DNA of 59,244 nucleotides from Planctomyces sp. (GTDB lineage Bacteria > Planctomycetota > Planctomycetia > Planctomycetales > Planctomycetaceae), in the NCBI GenBank assembly GCA_043746695.1, contig JAYTQM010000830.1, positions 1-59,244 on the forward strand, written 5' to 3'. Of this stretch, positions 1-8,196 are shown piece by piece (the first letter of the stretch is position 1; every line of letters starts with the position of its first letter). Position numbers and translations under genes: made by a program. The notes under the pieces are model-generated. The model saw only the letters and a list, made by a program, of their open reading frames with translations. It had not been told where the DNA came from and ran no database searches.

Positions 1-2249
1 CGGCTCGGCAGGAGCCTCGCCCTCCCGAATTCGCTCGCCCTCCCGTTGCTGGGTTGCCCGAAAAATATCGCGGTCATCTCTTCGGGATTGAGCCGCTTCA
101 AGGTCGCCTTGTTGAAGCGGACTTCAAGGACGATCGCTCCTCGTTCCAGTCCACAGACCTCGGCTTTCCGATCACGTCGACCGACAAACGCTTTCGCCCG
201 GTCGATGTCAAAGTGGGACCAGACGGAGCGATCTATGTCGCGGACATGTACGAACCGCAGATCGCGCATCACCAGCACTTTCAAGGCTTGATCGACAAGG
301 ACAACGGTCGCATCTATCGCTTGCAGTCAAAGAGTGTGAGCAACGCGTTGAAGCCGTTTGATCTTGGGAAGAAGACGTCGGCGGAACTGGTCGAAGTCCT
401 CAAGCATCCGAATAAATGGCATCGTCAGACGGCGTTGCGACTGATTGGTCAACGGAAAGATGCGACGATCATTCCGTTGCTCAAGCAGAGCATCGAAAAG
501 AATGTCGGCCAGTTTTCGCTCGAATGTTTGTGGGCTCTGTATCAAGTCGGTGCGCTCGATGAGTCGTTCGCTCAAGTGGCGCTTTCGCACAAAGAGCCGC
601 TCGTCCGTGAGTGGACTGTGCGACTGCTCGGCGACATGACTCTCGCGGTTGCCGCAAAGCCGGTCGTCGATATGAGCCGTGTTCAACCCGTCGCCGCTTC
701 GACGAACAGGCAACCGTCGGTCGCAACCTCCGAAAAGCAAACAGCATTTCAAGCAGACGCGCACCTCATCGGGCATCGAGCATCGGAGACTCGCGTGAGT
801 GACTCGATCGCCAAGAAGCTGGTTGATGTCGCGAAGGCTGAAACTTACGTGCGAGTCCGCAGCCAATTGGCTTCGACCGCAAAACGATTGCCTGCCGATC
901 AAGCCCTGCCGCTGATCGACGCGCTGCTGGCACACAACGAAGATGCCGACGACATTCACATCCCGTTGCTGCTGTGGTGGGCCATCGAATCCAAGGCGAC
1001 CAAGAACGCGACCGACATCGTCGCACTGTTTAATAACGCGGAAGTGTGGAAACGCCCGCTCGCCGAAAAACATCTCGTCGCACGACTCATGCAACGGTTT
1101 GCTCAAGGTGGCTCGCGAAACGATTTGATGATCTGTGCAAAGTTGCTCGCAAAGGCACCGACGATCGAGCACAAGAAGGAGTTGTTGAAGGGCTTTGAGA
1201 CTGCATTCAAAGGCCGCCCGCTGAGTGGATTACCAGACGATCTTGTTCGTGAAATCACCGCCGCAGGTGGCGGCTCGCTCGCACTGCGAGTCCGACAGAA
1301 AGAGACATCGGCCATCGAAGAGGCACTCAAGACAGTCGCGGTCGAACCAGCGGCGACTCCTGCGGATAAAGTCGCTGCCGCTGATGTGAAGGCTCGCCGT
1401 ATCGAACTCATTCAAACATTGGGCGAAGTTCAACCCGCTGGATCAATGGCGGCTCTCGTCGCGGTGATGAAGACCGCACAGGACAACGAGATTCGGTCAA
1501 CGGCCCTCACCTCGCTGCTGGCGTTCAAAGACGAAAGCATCGGAGCAGACGTCGTCGCGATCTACGGGAGCCTTCCCGATGACGTGCAGTCTGTCGCTCA
1601 AACATTGCTCTCCAGCCGAGCCGCTTGGAGCCGCCAGTGGCTGGAAGCGGTCGATGCGGGCAAAGTCAAAGCCGATGCGATTCCGCTCGACGTGGTTCGC
1701 AAGCTGACGTTCCACAAAGAGGCGCGCGTGGCCGAACTGCTCAAGAAGCATTGGCCGAAACTCGAAGGGGCTTCGACCGCCGAGATGCAGCAACAGATGG
1801 AACGCTTCGCTCCAATCGCGAAGACCGAAGGGGGCGTGCCGTTCGAGGGGAAGAAGATCTACATGCAATCGTGCGGCAAGTGCCACTTGCTGTTCGGCGA
1901 GGGAGGCCGCATCGGGCCGGACCTGACGACGTTCAAGCGAGACGACGTGATGCGGATTCTGCTCAACGTCGTGAACCCCAGCGCCGAAATCCGCGAAGGG
2001 TTTGAGAGCATCACCGTAGTCAGCACCGACGGTCGTACCATCAACGGTTTCCTCGCCGATCAAGACAACCGAGTCGTCGTCGTCCGCGGTATCGACGGCC
2101 AAAACATCACGATCGCTCGCGACGACATCGAAGAGATTGTGCCGTCCAAGAAATCGCTGATGCCCGAAGGTCTGCTCAACAATCTGACCGACGAGCAAAT
2201 TCGAAATCTCTTCACGTATTTGAAGATTTCACAGCCATTGAATCAGTAG
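1..2249 (+). CDS. PVC-type heme-binding CxxCH protein (HEAT-like repeats + C-terminal cytochrome c domain), 5' partial at window edge
   Basis: The frame is open from nt 3 to the window edge; the track start at 54 is only a TTG. Helical HEAT-like repeats are followed by a C-terminal c-type heme motif CGKCH (IYMQSCGKCHLLFGEGGRIGPDLT). This matches planctomycete/verrucomicrobial heme-binding proteins, whose N-terminal dehydrogenase-like domain would lie upstream of the window. Confidence 0.8.
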   Translation, partial: ARQEPRPPEFARPPVAGLPEKYRGHLFGIEPLQGRLVEADFKDDRSSFQSTDLGFPITSTDKRFRPVDVKVGPDGAIYVADMYEPQIAHHQHFQGLIDKDNGRIYRLQSKSVSNALKPFDLGKKTSAELVEVLKHPNKWHRQTALRLIGQRKDATIIPLLKQSIEKNVGQFSLECLWALYQVGALDESFAQVALSHKEPLVREWTVRLLGDMTLAVAAKPVVDMSRVQPVAASTNRQPSVATSEKQTAFQADAHLIGHRASETRVSDSIAKKLVDVAKAETYVRVRSQLASTAKRLPADQALPLIDALLAHNEDADDIHIPLLLWWAIESKATKNATDIVALFNNAEVWKRPLAEKHLVARLMQRFAQGGSRNDLMICAKLLAKAPTIEHKKELLKGFETAFKGRPLSGLPDDLVREITAAGGGSLALRVRQKETSAIEEALKTVAVEPAATPADKVAAADVKARRIELIQTLGEVQPAGSMAALVAVMKTAQDNEIRSTALTSLLAFKDESIGADVVAIYGSLPDDVQSVAQTLLSSRAAWSRQWLEAVDAGKVKADAIPLDVVRKLTFHKEARVAELLKKHWPKLEGASTAEMQQQMERFAPIAKTEGGVPFEGKKIYMQSCGKCHLLFGEGGRIGPDLTTFKRDDVMRILLNVVNPSAEIREGFESITVVSTDGRTINGFLADQDNRVVVVRGIDGQNITIARDDIEEIVPSKKSLMPEGLLNNLTDEQIRNLFTYLKISQPLNQ
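1611..2249 (+). repeat. Copy 1 of a 639-bp direct duplication (3' end of the heme-binding gene)
   Basis: Aligns without gaps to 3800-4438 at a constant offset of 2189. Hand alignment gives about 41 mismatches (~94% identity). Confidence 0.9.
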
Positions 2250-2401
2250 TTCTTGTTGCCGATCTCAACGACTTCAATTTGGCACAGAAATGCCTCTCGT
2301 TGACCGGATCGAAACCGTTTTCGGTGCTGGCAGCCGACGCTACGGCGGCTGGCTCCGATCCCGGGATATGGAAGGAGTGGCCCTTCACCAGTAAACGGTT
2401 T

Positions 2402-2456
2402 CTGGCACCTTTGGACCTTTTTGGATTCCTGGCACCTTTGGATTCCACCTTTGGAT
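2402..2456. repeat. Short tandem CTGGCACCTTTGGA element
   Basis: CTGGCACCTTTGGA occurs at 2402 and 2429, with a partial CCACCTTTGGA at 2446. The reverse complement CAAAGGTGCCA occurs at 2970-2980. Confidence 0.7.
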
Positions 2457-2461
2457 TTCCG

Positions 2462-2950
2462 ATGAATAGTTTTTTCGCTCCCGATCAGAAATTGATTTCA
2501 ATACAAGGAGATTGCGTGGAGGCAATCACGTATCGCTCAGCGATGCTTCGCATCCTTGGCGGGTCAGCGGACTATTCAATACCAGAGGCGTTGATTGATG
2601 ACTCATTTTGTACTTACCAAGTGATTGGTGAATTTAGACCGAAGCCGGCACCAAGCATGTGGGGATACCTCAAGTGGTGGCTCTCCCCGGTTTATCATGC
2701 TGAATTGATAATCGACGGACCACCAACACAGAGGACGCTTGAGGAATGTCGGGAGCTGATTTACCAAGCAATCGAACTTGATCCAGAACACTTTGAAGCA
2801 TCGCGCCCAATAGAAGAATGGAAGAACGATTTGTGGGCGGCAGTCTCATTTGAGGAACTCTTTCTCGTAATCACCTGTAGTCTTGAATCGAACGCCCGGT
2901 TCGATGAATTACGTAGGTCACGAGAAGGAAGTGGACGATCTGCCTACTAA
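2462..2950 (+). CDS. hypothetical protein (orphan, low-GC)
   Basis: 162-aa ORF taken from an internal ATG; the track ORF start at 2279 lies inside repeat DNA. Rough count gives ~48% GC versus ~57-60% in the flanks. No motif recognised. Confidence 0.4.
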   Translation: MNSFFAPDQKLISIQGDCVEAITYRSAMLRILGGSADYSIPEALIDDSFCTYQVIGEFRPKPAPSMWGYLKWWLSPVYHAELIIDGPPTQRTLEECRELIYQAIELDPEHFEASRPIEEWKNDLWAAVSFEELFLVITCSLESNARFDELRRSREGSGRSAY

Positions 2951-2965
2951 CTCCTGTCCTGGGCC

Positions 2966-3001
2966 AAAACAAAGGTGCCATTCGTACCAGGAACCAATTA
3001 T
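2966..3001. repeat. Short dispersed element AAAACAAAGG..GGAACCAATTAT (long form)
   Basis: Sequence is AAAACAAAGGTGCCATTCGTACCAGGAACCAATTAT. A shortened copy, AAAACAAAGGAACCGGGAACCAATTAT, sits at 3766-3792. Confidence 0.6.
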
Positions 3002-3080
3002 GGGATTGACCAGGAAAGGGTTCCTTCCACCTTCACGTCCCAACCTTTTCTGTGTCTTCTTTTCTGTCCTCAGACAAGCT

Positions 3081-3788
3081 TCATCGCAGATCCTGAGCCA
3101 TGAAGTACAGGATCATGTTGACGGCCAGCTTGGTGGCGTCGGCGGAGACGTAGCCTTCGCAGGCGATGGCTGTTTGGCGTTCGAGGGCGCAGCTGATGTC
3201 GTACTTGCTGTAGATCACGGCGAAGCGGCCATCAATGTCGATCCCTTCGAGCAGTGGTTCGCCAGTTGTGATTGAGTTGGCGAGGACTCCTTTGCCCCCC
3301 GCGATGTCGTTGCCTCGACGGCGGACCTGTTTGAGATCGTGGCCTCCGTTGCGGTCTTTGAACAATTCGTGATCGACCGGAATTCGAGTCAGCTTTTTGT
3401 CGGGATACATCTGCGTCATCAGTTCTCGAAAGCTCTTGTCGAACTGCGGCGAACTGCAACAGGCATCGGCAAACAGGACGCCGCCGTTTTCGAGATACGA
3501 TTTGAGGCGATCTCGTTCTGCCTGATTGAGCGAGAACTTGAAGCGACCGTGCATATAGGCAATCGGGTAGTTGTAGAGATTCATATCGCTGGCATTGAGC
3601 GAGCGAGGCTTCGTCCCGGCGGCCAAGCCGGCTGTGTCGTTCATCGCGAAGAGCATGTTCCGCAGCGCGTGCGGAGCTGTGTCCCAGCCGCCGGTGTGTT
3701 TCAGTTGAACGACTTGCAACAGGCCCCCTTCGATGCGGTCTTGCTGACCGGCCAGCGCGGCGGGAAAAACAAAGGAACCGGGAACCAA
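3081..3788 (-). CDS. DUF4159 domain-containing protein, probably 5'-truncated
   Basis: Recognised by the pattern GGWDTAP..NL, YPIAYMHGRFKFSL..ERDRLKSYLENGGVLFADACC and FAVIYSKYDISCA. The only start is a TTG created by the repeat at 3766-3792. Only the tail of a signal peptide (FVFPAALA/GQQ) remains. Confidence 0.65.
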   Translation of the reverse strand: MVPGSFVFPAALAGQQDRIEGGLLQVVQLKHTGGWDTAPHALRNMLFAMNDTAGLAAGTKPRSLNASDMNLYNYPIAYMHGRFKFSLNQAERDRLKSYLENGGVLFADACCSSPQFDKSFRELMTQMYPDKKLTRIPVDHELFKDRNGGHDLKQVRRRGNDIAGGKGVLANSITTGEPLLEGIDIDGRFAVIYSKYDISCALERQTAIACEGYVSADATKLAVNMILYFMAQDLR

Positions 3789-3792
3789 TTAT
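3766..3792. repeat. Short dispersed element AAAACAAAGG..GGAACCAATTAT (truncated form) at the rearrangement junction
   Basis: Shares both ends with 2966-3001. It sits exactly between the truncated DUF4159 gene and copy 2 of the duplication. Confidence 0.6.
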
Positions 3793-3799
3793 AGCGTCC

Positions 3800-4438
3800 T
3801 CCAGCCGAGCCGCTTGGAGCCGTCAGTGGTTGGAAGCGGTCGACGCGGGCCGGCTCAAAGGCGAGGCGATTCCGCTCGACGTGGTTCGCAAGCTGACGTT
3901 CCACAAAGAGGCGCGCGTGGCCGAACTGCTGAAGAAGCACTGGCCGAAACTCGAAGGAGCGTCGACCGCCGAGATGCAGCAACAAATGGAACGTTTTGCT
4001 CCAATCGCGAAGACCGAAGGGGGCGTGCCGTTCGAGGGGAAGAAGATCTACATGCAGTCGTGCGGCAAGTGTCACTTGCTGTTCGGCGAGGGAGGCCGCA
4101 TCGGGCCGGACCTGACGACGTTCAAACGGGACGACGTGATGCGGATTCTGCTCAACGTCGTGAACCCCAGCGCCGAAATCCGCGAAGGCTTTGAGAGCAT
4201 CACCGTCGTCAGCACCGACGGTCGCACGGTCAACGGATTCCTGGCCGATCAAGACAACCGAGTCGTCGTCGTCCGCGGCATCGACGGCCAGAACATCACG
4301 ATCGCTCGCGATGACATCGAAGAGATCGTCCCGTCCAAGAAGTCGCTGATGCCCGAAGGACTGCTTAACAATCTGACCGACGAGCAAATTCGGAATCTCT
4401 TCACGTACCTGAAAATTTCGCAGCCGTTGAATCAGTAG
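3800..4438 (+). pseudogene. Copy 2 of the duplication: 3' fragment (cytochrome c domain) of a paralogous PVC-type heme-binding gene
   Basis: 213 codons plus stop, 208/213 aa identical to the end of the 1-2249 product. It has no upstream domain, no signal peptide and no ATG/SD; the only start is a TTG at 3830. Confidence 0.6.
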
Positions 4439-4549
4439 TCCCCGGACGATGAACGATCGGAGTCGTCTACTTTGGTAGTTGACTCCGTTGCAACTGACTA
4501 CGCTTTTCAGCCGATCCGATCTTCCAACCACACACCTTCGAGAACACTC

Positions 4550-5485
4550 ATGGCTGCAATTCGCAAAGTGATCATCACCTGTGCTGTGACTGGTGCGATT
4601 CATACTCCGACGATGTCCCCTTATTTGCCGATCACACCGCAGCAAATTGCGGACAGCGCCGTTGAGGCGGCTGAGGCGGGAGCGGGTATTCTGCATTTGC
4701 ACGCTCGCGATCCGGAGACCGGATGCCCGACACCCGATCCGGCTGTCTTTTGGGATTTCCTGCCGCAGATCAAGGCACGCACTGATGCGATCATCAACAT
4801 CACCACCGGTGGCGGACATAACATGACCGTCGAGCAACGGCTCGTCGGGCCGACGAAGGCTCAGCCGGAGATGACGTCGCTCAACATGGGTTCGATGAAC
4901 TTCGGGCTTTATCCAGCACTTAGTAAGTTCAGTAATTGGCAACATCCGTGGGAGCCGCAGTATCTCGAAAACACGCGCGATGGAATTTTTAAGAACACGT
5001 TTCGAGACATCGAAACGATCCTGCAAACGCTCGGCCAAGGTTGCGGAACTAAGTTTGAATTTGAGTGCTACGATATCGGCCACCTTTACACGCTGGCCCA
5101 TTTCCTCGAACGCGGTCTGGTTCAACCGCCACTCTTCGTGCAGACGATCTTCGGCATCCTCGGCGGGATTGGCTGCGATGTCGAAAACCTCGTCCACATG
5201 CGTCGCATCGCGGACAAGCTCTTCGGCGACGACTATCACTGGTCCATTCTTGCGGCAGGACGCCATCAAACAAACTTCGTCACGACAGGCGCGATCATGG
5301 GTGGCAACATCCGAGTCGGCCTTGAAGACAATCTCTATCTGGCGAAAGGTGAACTCGCTCAATCCAACGCGGCCCAAGTCCAAAAGATTCGCCGCATCCT
5401 GAACGAGCTGTCGCTCGAAGTTGCGACCCCAGCCGAGGTGCGTCAAATGCTGGCGTTGAAGGGGAAAGACGACGTCGCGTTTTGA
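4550..5485 (+). CDS. BKACE family enzyme (3-keto-5-aminohexanoate cleavage enzyme-like, DUF849)
   Basis: N-terminus is KVIITCAVTGAIHTPTMSPYLPITPQQIADSAVEAAEAGAGILHLHARDPETG, with a TIM-barrel-type continuation. Start taken at the ATG at 4550 rather than the track start at 4472. Confidence 0.85.
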   Translation: MAAIRKVIITCAVTGAIHTPTMSPYLPITPQQIADSAVEAAEAGAGILHLHARDPETGCPTPDPAVFWDFLPQIKARTDAIINITTGGGHNMTVEQRLVGPTKAQPEMTSLNMGSMNFGLYPALSKFSNWQHPWEPQYLENTRDGIFKNTFRDIETILQTLGQGCGTKFEFECYDIGHLYTLAHFLERGLVQPPLFVQTIFGILGGIGCDVENLVHMRRIADKLFGDDYHWSILAAGRHQTNFVTTGAIMGGNIRVGLEDNLYLAKGELAQSNAAQVQKIRRILNELSLEVATPAEVRQMLALKGKDDVAF

Positions 5486-5517
5486 ACCGCTGTTTGAAAA
5501 CGTGCGATGCCCACAAA

Positions 5518-5631
5518 CCCCATCGAGCTTGTCTCGATGGATTTGGGCTTTTGCACTACGTGGTGTGTCACTCGAAATCTTGAGCGTCGTAGTGCAAAGG
5601 CCCGCGAGTCACGGAGACAAGCTCGATGGGG
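5518..5631. repeat. REPIN-like family 1, copy A
   Basis: Left arm CCCCATCGAGCTTGTCTCGATGG..GGGCTTTTGCACTACG, 27-nt spacer, right arm CGTAGTGCAAAGGCCCGCGAG..GAGACAAGCTCGATGGGG. About 20 nt of family-specific flank on each side (5497-5646). Lies between convergent genes. Confidence 0.9.
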
Positions 5632-5646
5632 CGGTTTAATTGAAGG

Positions 5647-6378
5647 CTACTGATAATCCTGATGCGTCGGCTTGAGGATCAACTCCGGCACGTGAGCGCG
5701 CTTCGGGAGCGCGGCGATGGAGACGACGATGTCGCCGAAATCTTCCGGCTTAAGGATCGCGGCGCGGTGCTCGTCACTGACCGGCTTCGGGCGATGTTCG
5801 AGGATCGGGGTATCGACTTCGCCGGGATAGATCGTCGTCACGCGGATGCCGTTCTTGCCGTCTTCGTTGGCGACTGCGGTCGAGAGGCCAGACATCGCAA
5901 ACTTCGACGCAACATACGCGATGCCACCGAGCGCGAACGCTCGTTTGCCGCTGATCGACGAGATGTTGATGATGACGCCGTCTTGGCGTGCTCGCATCTG
6001 TGGCAACACGGCGTACATGCAGTTGTAGACGCCGGTCGCGTTGGCCGACATCAATTCGTCCCACTGCTCCGGACGCATCTCGGCCATCGTGCGATTCTTG
6101 ATATTCGTCCCGGCGGCGTTGACCAAGATGTCGATCTGGCCGAGCTGTTGCGTGGCCCAATCGAACAACGCATTCACTCCGGGGCGATCGCCGACATCGC
6201 ACGTGTGATAGATCATCAGCGGAGCTCTGGACCACGCGGCGACGGCCTCTTTCAGTTTGTCTTCGCGACGTCCGGCAATCGCGACTCGACAGCCAGCAGC
6301 CGCGAGTGCCTGCGCAATTCCGTATCCAATTCCCGTTGCTCCGCCGGTAATGAGCGCGGTTTTGTTTTGCAGTTTCAT
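5647..6378 (-). CDS. SDR family oxidoreductase
   Basis: Contains TGGATGIGYGIA (Rossmann glycine motif), NAAG, and the S..YVASK catalytic motif. Confidence 0.9.
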   Translation of the reverse strand: MKLQNKTALITGGATGIGYGIAQALAAAGCRVAIAGRREDKLKEAVAAWSRAPLMIYHTCDVGDRPGVNALFDWATQQLGQIDILVNAAGTNIKNRTMAEMRPEQWDELMSANATGVYNCMYAVLPQMRARQDGVIINISSISGKRAFALGGIAYVASKFAMSGLSTAVANEDGKNGIRVTTIYPGEVDTPILEHRPKPVSDEHRAAILKPEDFGDIVVSIAALPKRAHVPELILKPTHQDYQ

Positions 6379-6434
6379 GGGAGTGTTCCTCGTGGTGTGA
6401 AAAATATTTGTGCCAGAAGAGTTTGTTGCTCGGC

Positions 6435-6502
6435 GAGCCGGGTGGCGTTAACCCCCGGATTTTTGAATTGAAAACAGTCCGGGGGCTAACGCCCTCCGGC
6501 TC
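6435..6502. repeat. Long imperfect hairpin (about 25-bp stem)
   Basis: GAGCCGGGTGGCGTTAACCCCCGGA pairs with TCCGGGGGCTAACGCCCTCCGGCTC across an 18-nt loop. Lies between the CE15 stop and the SDR start. Confidence 0.6.
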
Positions 6503-6521
6503 ACCAAATAAGTTCTTGAAA

Positions 6522-7820
6522 TTATTTGCTTCCCAACTTCAGGTCGGCGAAGTCGAGAATTCGTTTCCAGTAATCACGGTTGAGAACATGCTTCTCGTCG
6601 CGGCGGTATTGGACGAGGTCGCCGCAGTTCGCGTTGGTCAGCGTGTCGTCCCCGCTGATAACTCCGGTCCCGATGAGGCCGCGTCCGCCGAGAAACTTGT
6701 AGACCTTGTCGGCTCCTTGCAGCGACTTCAACGCTCCGTCGGGACTCGCCCATTTGTCTTGATCACCTTCGCCATCGAATACGGGACGCGGAGCGACGAG
6801 CGCGACCAGCAGGTGCTGATCGATCGGCAATTTGTCTTCGTGACCTCCGAATGGGACGAACGAGTCGCTGAACCAATGCGGGAAGACTCGGTTGATTCGC
6901 TCGACGGTTTCTTGATCGTTGCCTCGGTTCATGGCCATGCCGCCAGTTCCGGATTGATGTGGCACGACCAGCGCGATCCGCTCATCGAAGGCCCCCGCGA
7001 GGATTGCCGTTTTGCCGAGCCGCGAGTGGCCGACGACGCTGATCCGCTTCGCGTCAATCTCAGGATTTGCGGAGAGGTAATCGACGACGCGAGACAAGCC
7101 CCATGCCCAAGCTCTGACCGTTCCCCAATCGTTCGGGCCAAGTTGAGTCTGCCCGGCAGGCAAATAATGTGGATGGATGCCATCGGTCAGTTCGGGCGTG
7201 TCGGGATCGATGTCACCGTTGTAGAACGTCGCCAGCGCATAGCCGCGTTCGACGAGCAAGTCCGCCGGCCAAGCGTCCGCTTGAGTCCCTCGTCCTTTTT
7301 CAGTGGCGTGCTCGTTTTCGCTTCCAGCACAACTTTTGTAGACCCATTGTGACGGGATCGCGATCAGCGGATCGCTCAATACGGTGTGGTTGCCGCAGAA
7401 GCTCAACCCAGCGAAGACCGGAGCCGGTCCCTTGCGATCGTTCGGCGTGATCAGCAACAGATTGATCGGCGGCGCGGACTTGGGACCGAACTTAAGCGTC
7501 ACCTCACGCAGTGTTGCCTTACCGCCAAGTGCCTTCGCGTCCGTGCGGACGATCGTCGCTTCGACTTTGTCCGGCGCGGCGGGAGGCTTGCCATACATGT
7601 AATGCTCGAAGAGCGCTTTCAATTCTGGGCGTCGTTTTTGAAACCAGTCTTCCTTCGTCCTTACCGGAGTCCCGTCCAACATTACCAACGGATCGGGCGG
7701 CTCAGGTCGAGCAGGCAGCTTGTCAATCGCGGGAAAGTCAGCAGCGGTTGTCATCCCAACGCTGATCAACAGCACGCAGCAATAGGGCGTGAAACAAGAC
7801 AAAGCACGCGGTACGACCAT
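6522..7820 (-). CDS. CE15-like glucuronoyl esterase / alpha-beta hydrolase, secreted
   Basis: VVGHSRLGKTAILAGAFDERIALVVPHQSGTGG and INRVFPHWF resemble the CE15 serine-nucleophile region. The signal-peptide-like N-terminus begins at the ATG at 7820. Confidence 0.7.
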   Translation of the reverse strand: MVVPRALSCFTPYCCVLLISVGMTTAADFPAIDKLPARPEPPDPLVMLDGTPVRTKEDWFQKRRPELKALFEHYMYGKPPAAPDKVEATIVRTDAKALGGKATLREVTLKFGPKSAPPINLLLITPNDRKGPAPVFAGLSFCGNHTVLSDPLIAIPSQWVYKSCAGSENEHATEKGRGTQADAWPADLLVERGYALATFYNGDIDPDTPELTDGIHPHYLPAGQTQLGPNDWGTVRAWAWGLSRVVDYLSANPEIDAKRISVVGHSRLGKTAILAGAFDERIALVVPHQSGTGGMAMNRGNDQETVERINRVFPHWFSDSFVPFGGHEDKLPIDQHLLVALVAPRPVFDGEGDQDKWASPDGALKSLQGADKVYKFLGGRGLIGTGVISGDDTLTNANCGDLVQYRRDEKHVLNRDYWKRILDFADLKLGSK

Positions 7821-7986
7821 GAAAAAGCTCCTCAGCAATTTTGAAGCCAGCAGTGAGGCGGGGAGGCTAAAGACTCGACTCCAACGACTGCAACGCAACG
7901 AGCACAATGGCTGCGAAAGATTGCTCCAAAGTTGCGAAGCACACCGGCAGAGTGAGGCGAGTGCTTCGCCAGCCTTATGTTTCGGA

Positions 7987-8038
7987 GTAGCTGAACTCGT
8001 AAGAGTTCAGATGTCTGAAGTCTCACGATTTCAGCGAC
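7987..8038. repeat. REPIN-like family 3, copy a
   Basis: GTAGCTGAACTCGTAAGAGTTCAG, spacer ATGT, CTGAAGTCTCACGATTTCAGCGAC. This is an inverted doublet with GTAG on the outside. Confidence 0.8.
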
Positions 8039-8082
8039 CTATCAACTTACGATTCGTGGACTACTAGATCTCAATCAAGCGA

Positions 8083-8196
8083 CCCCACCGAGCTTTTCTC
8101 GGTGGCTCGCAGGCTTTTGCACTACGGCGGTCATGATCCCGAGTGAAATATTCCGTAGTGCAAAAGCCCGAATCCACCGAGGCAAGCTCGGTGGGG
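8083..8196. repeat. REPIN-like family 1, copy B (opposite orientation)
   Basis: Same architecture as copy A, but the CGCGAG linker is on the left arm. Family flanks CTCAATCAAGCGA / TCGCTTGTTTGAGG extend it to about 8069-8220. Confidence 0.9.

Noticed and set aside
1-53. CTCGCCCTCCCG occurs twice within the first 50 nt, which might be a dispersed repeat rather than coding sequence.
   Set aside because: There is too little sequence at the window edge to decide. The reading frame stays open into the heme-binding gene, so I treat it as coding and 5' partial.
3701-5446. 581-aa ORF on the minus strand spanning the cytochrome fragment and the BKACE gene.
   Set aside because: It is antisense to two well-supported plus-strand coding regions. 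Composition is R/S/L/H-rich with no motifs, typical of a high-GC shadow ORF.
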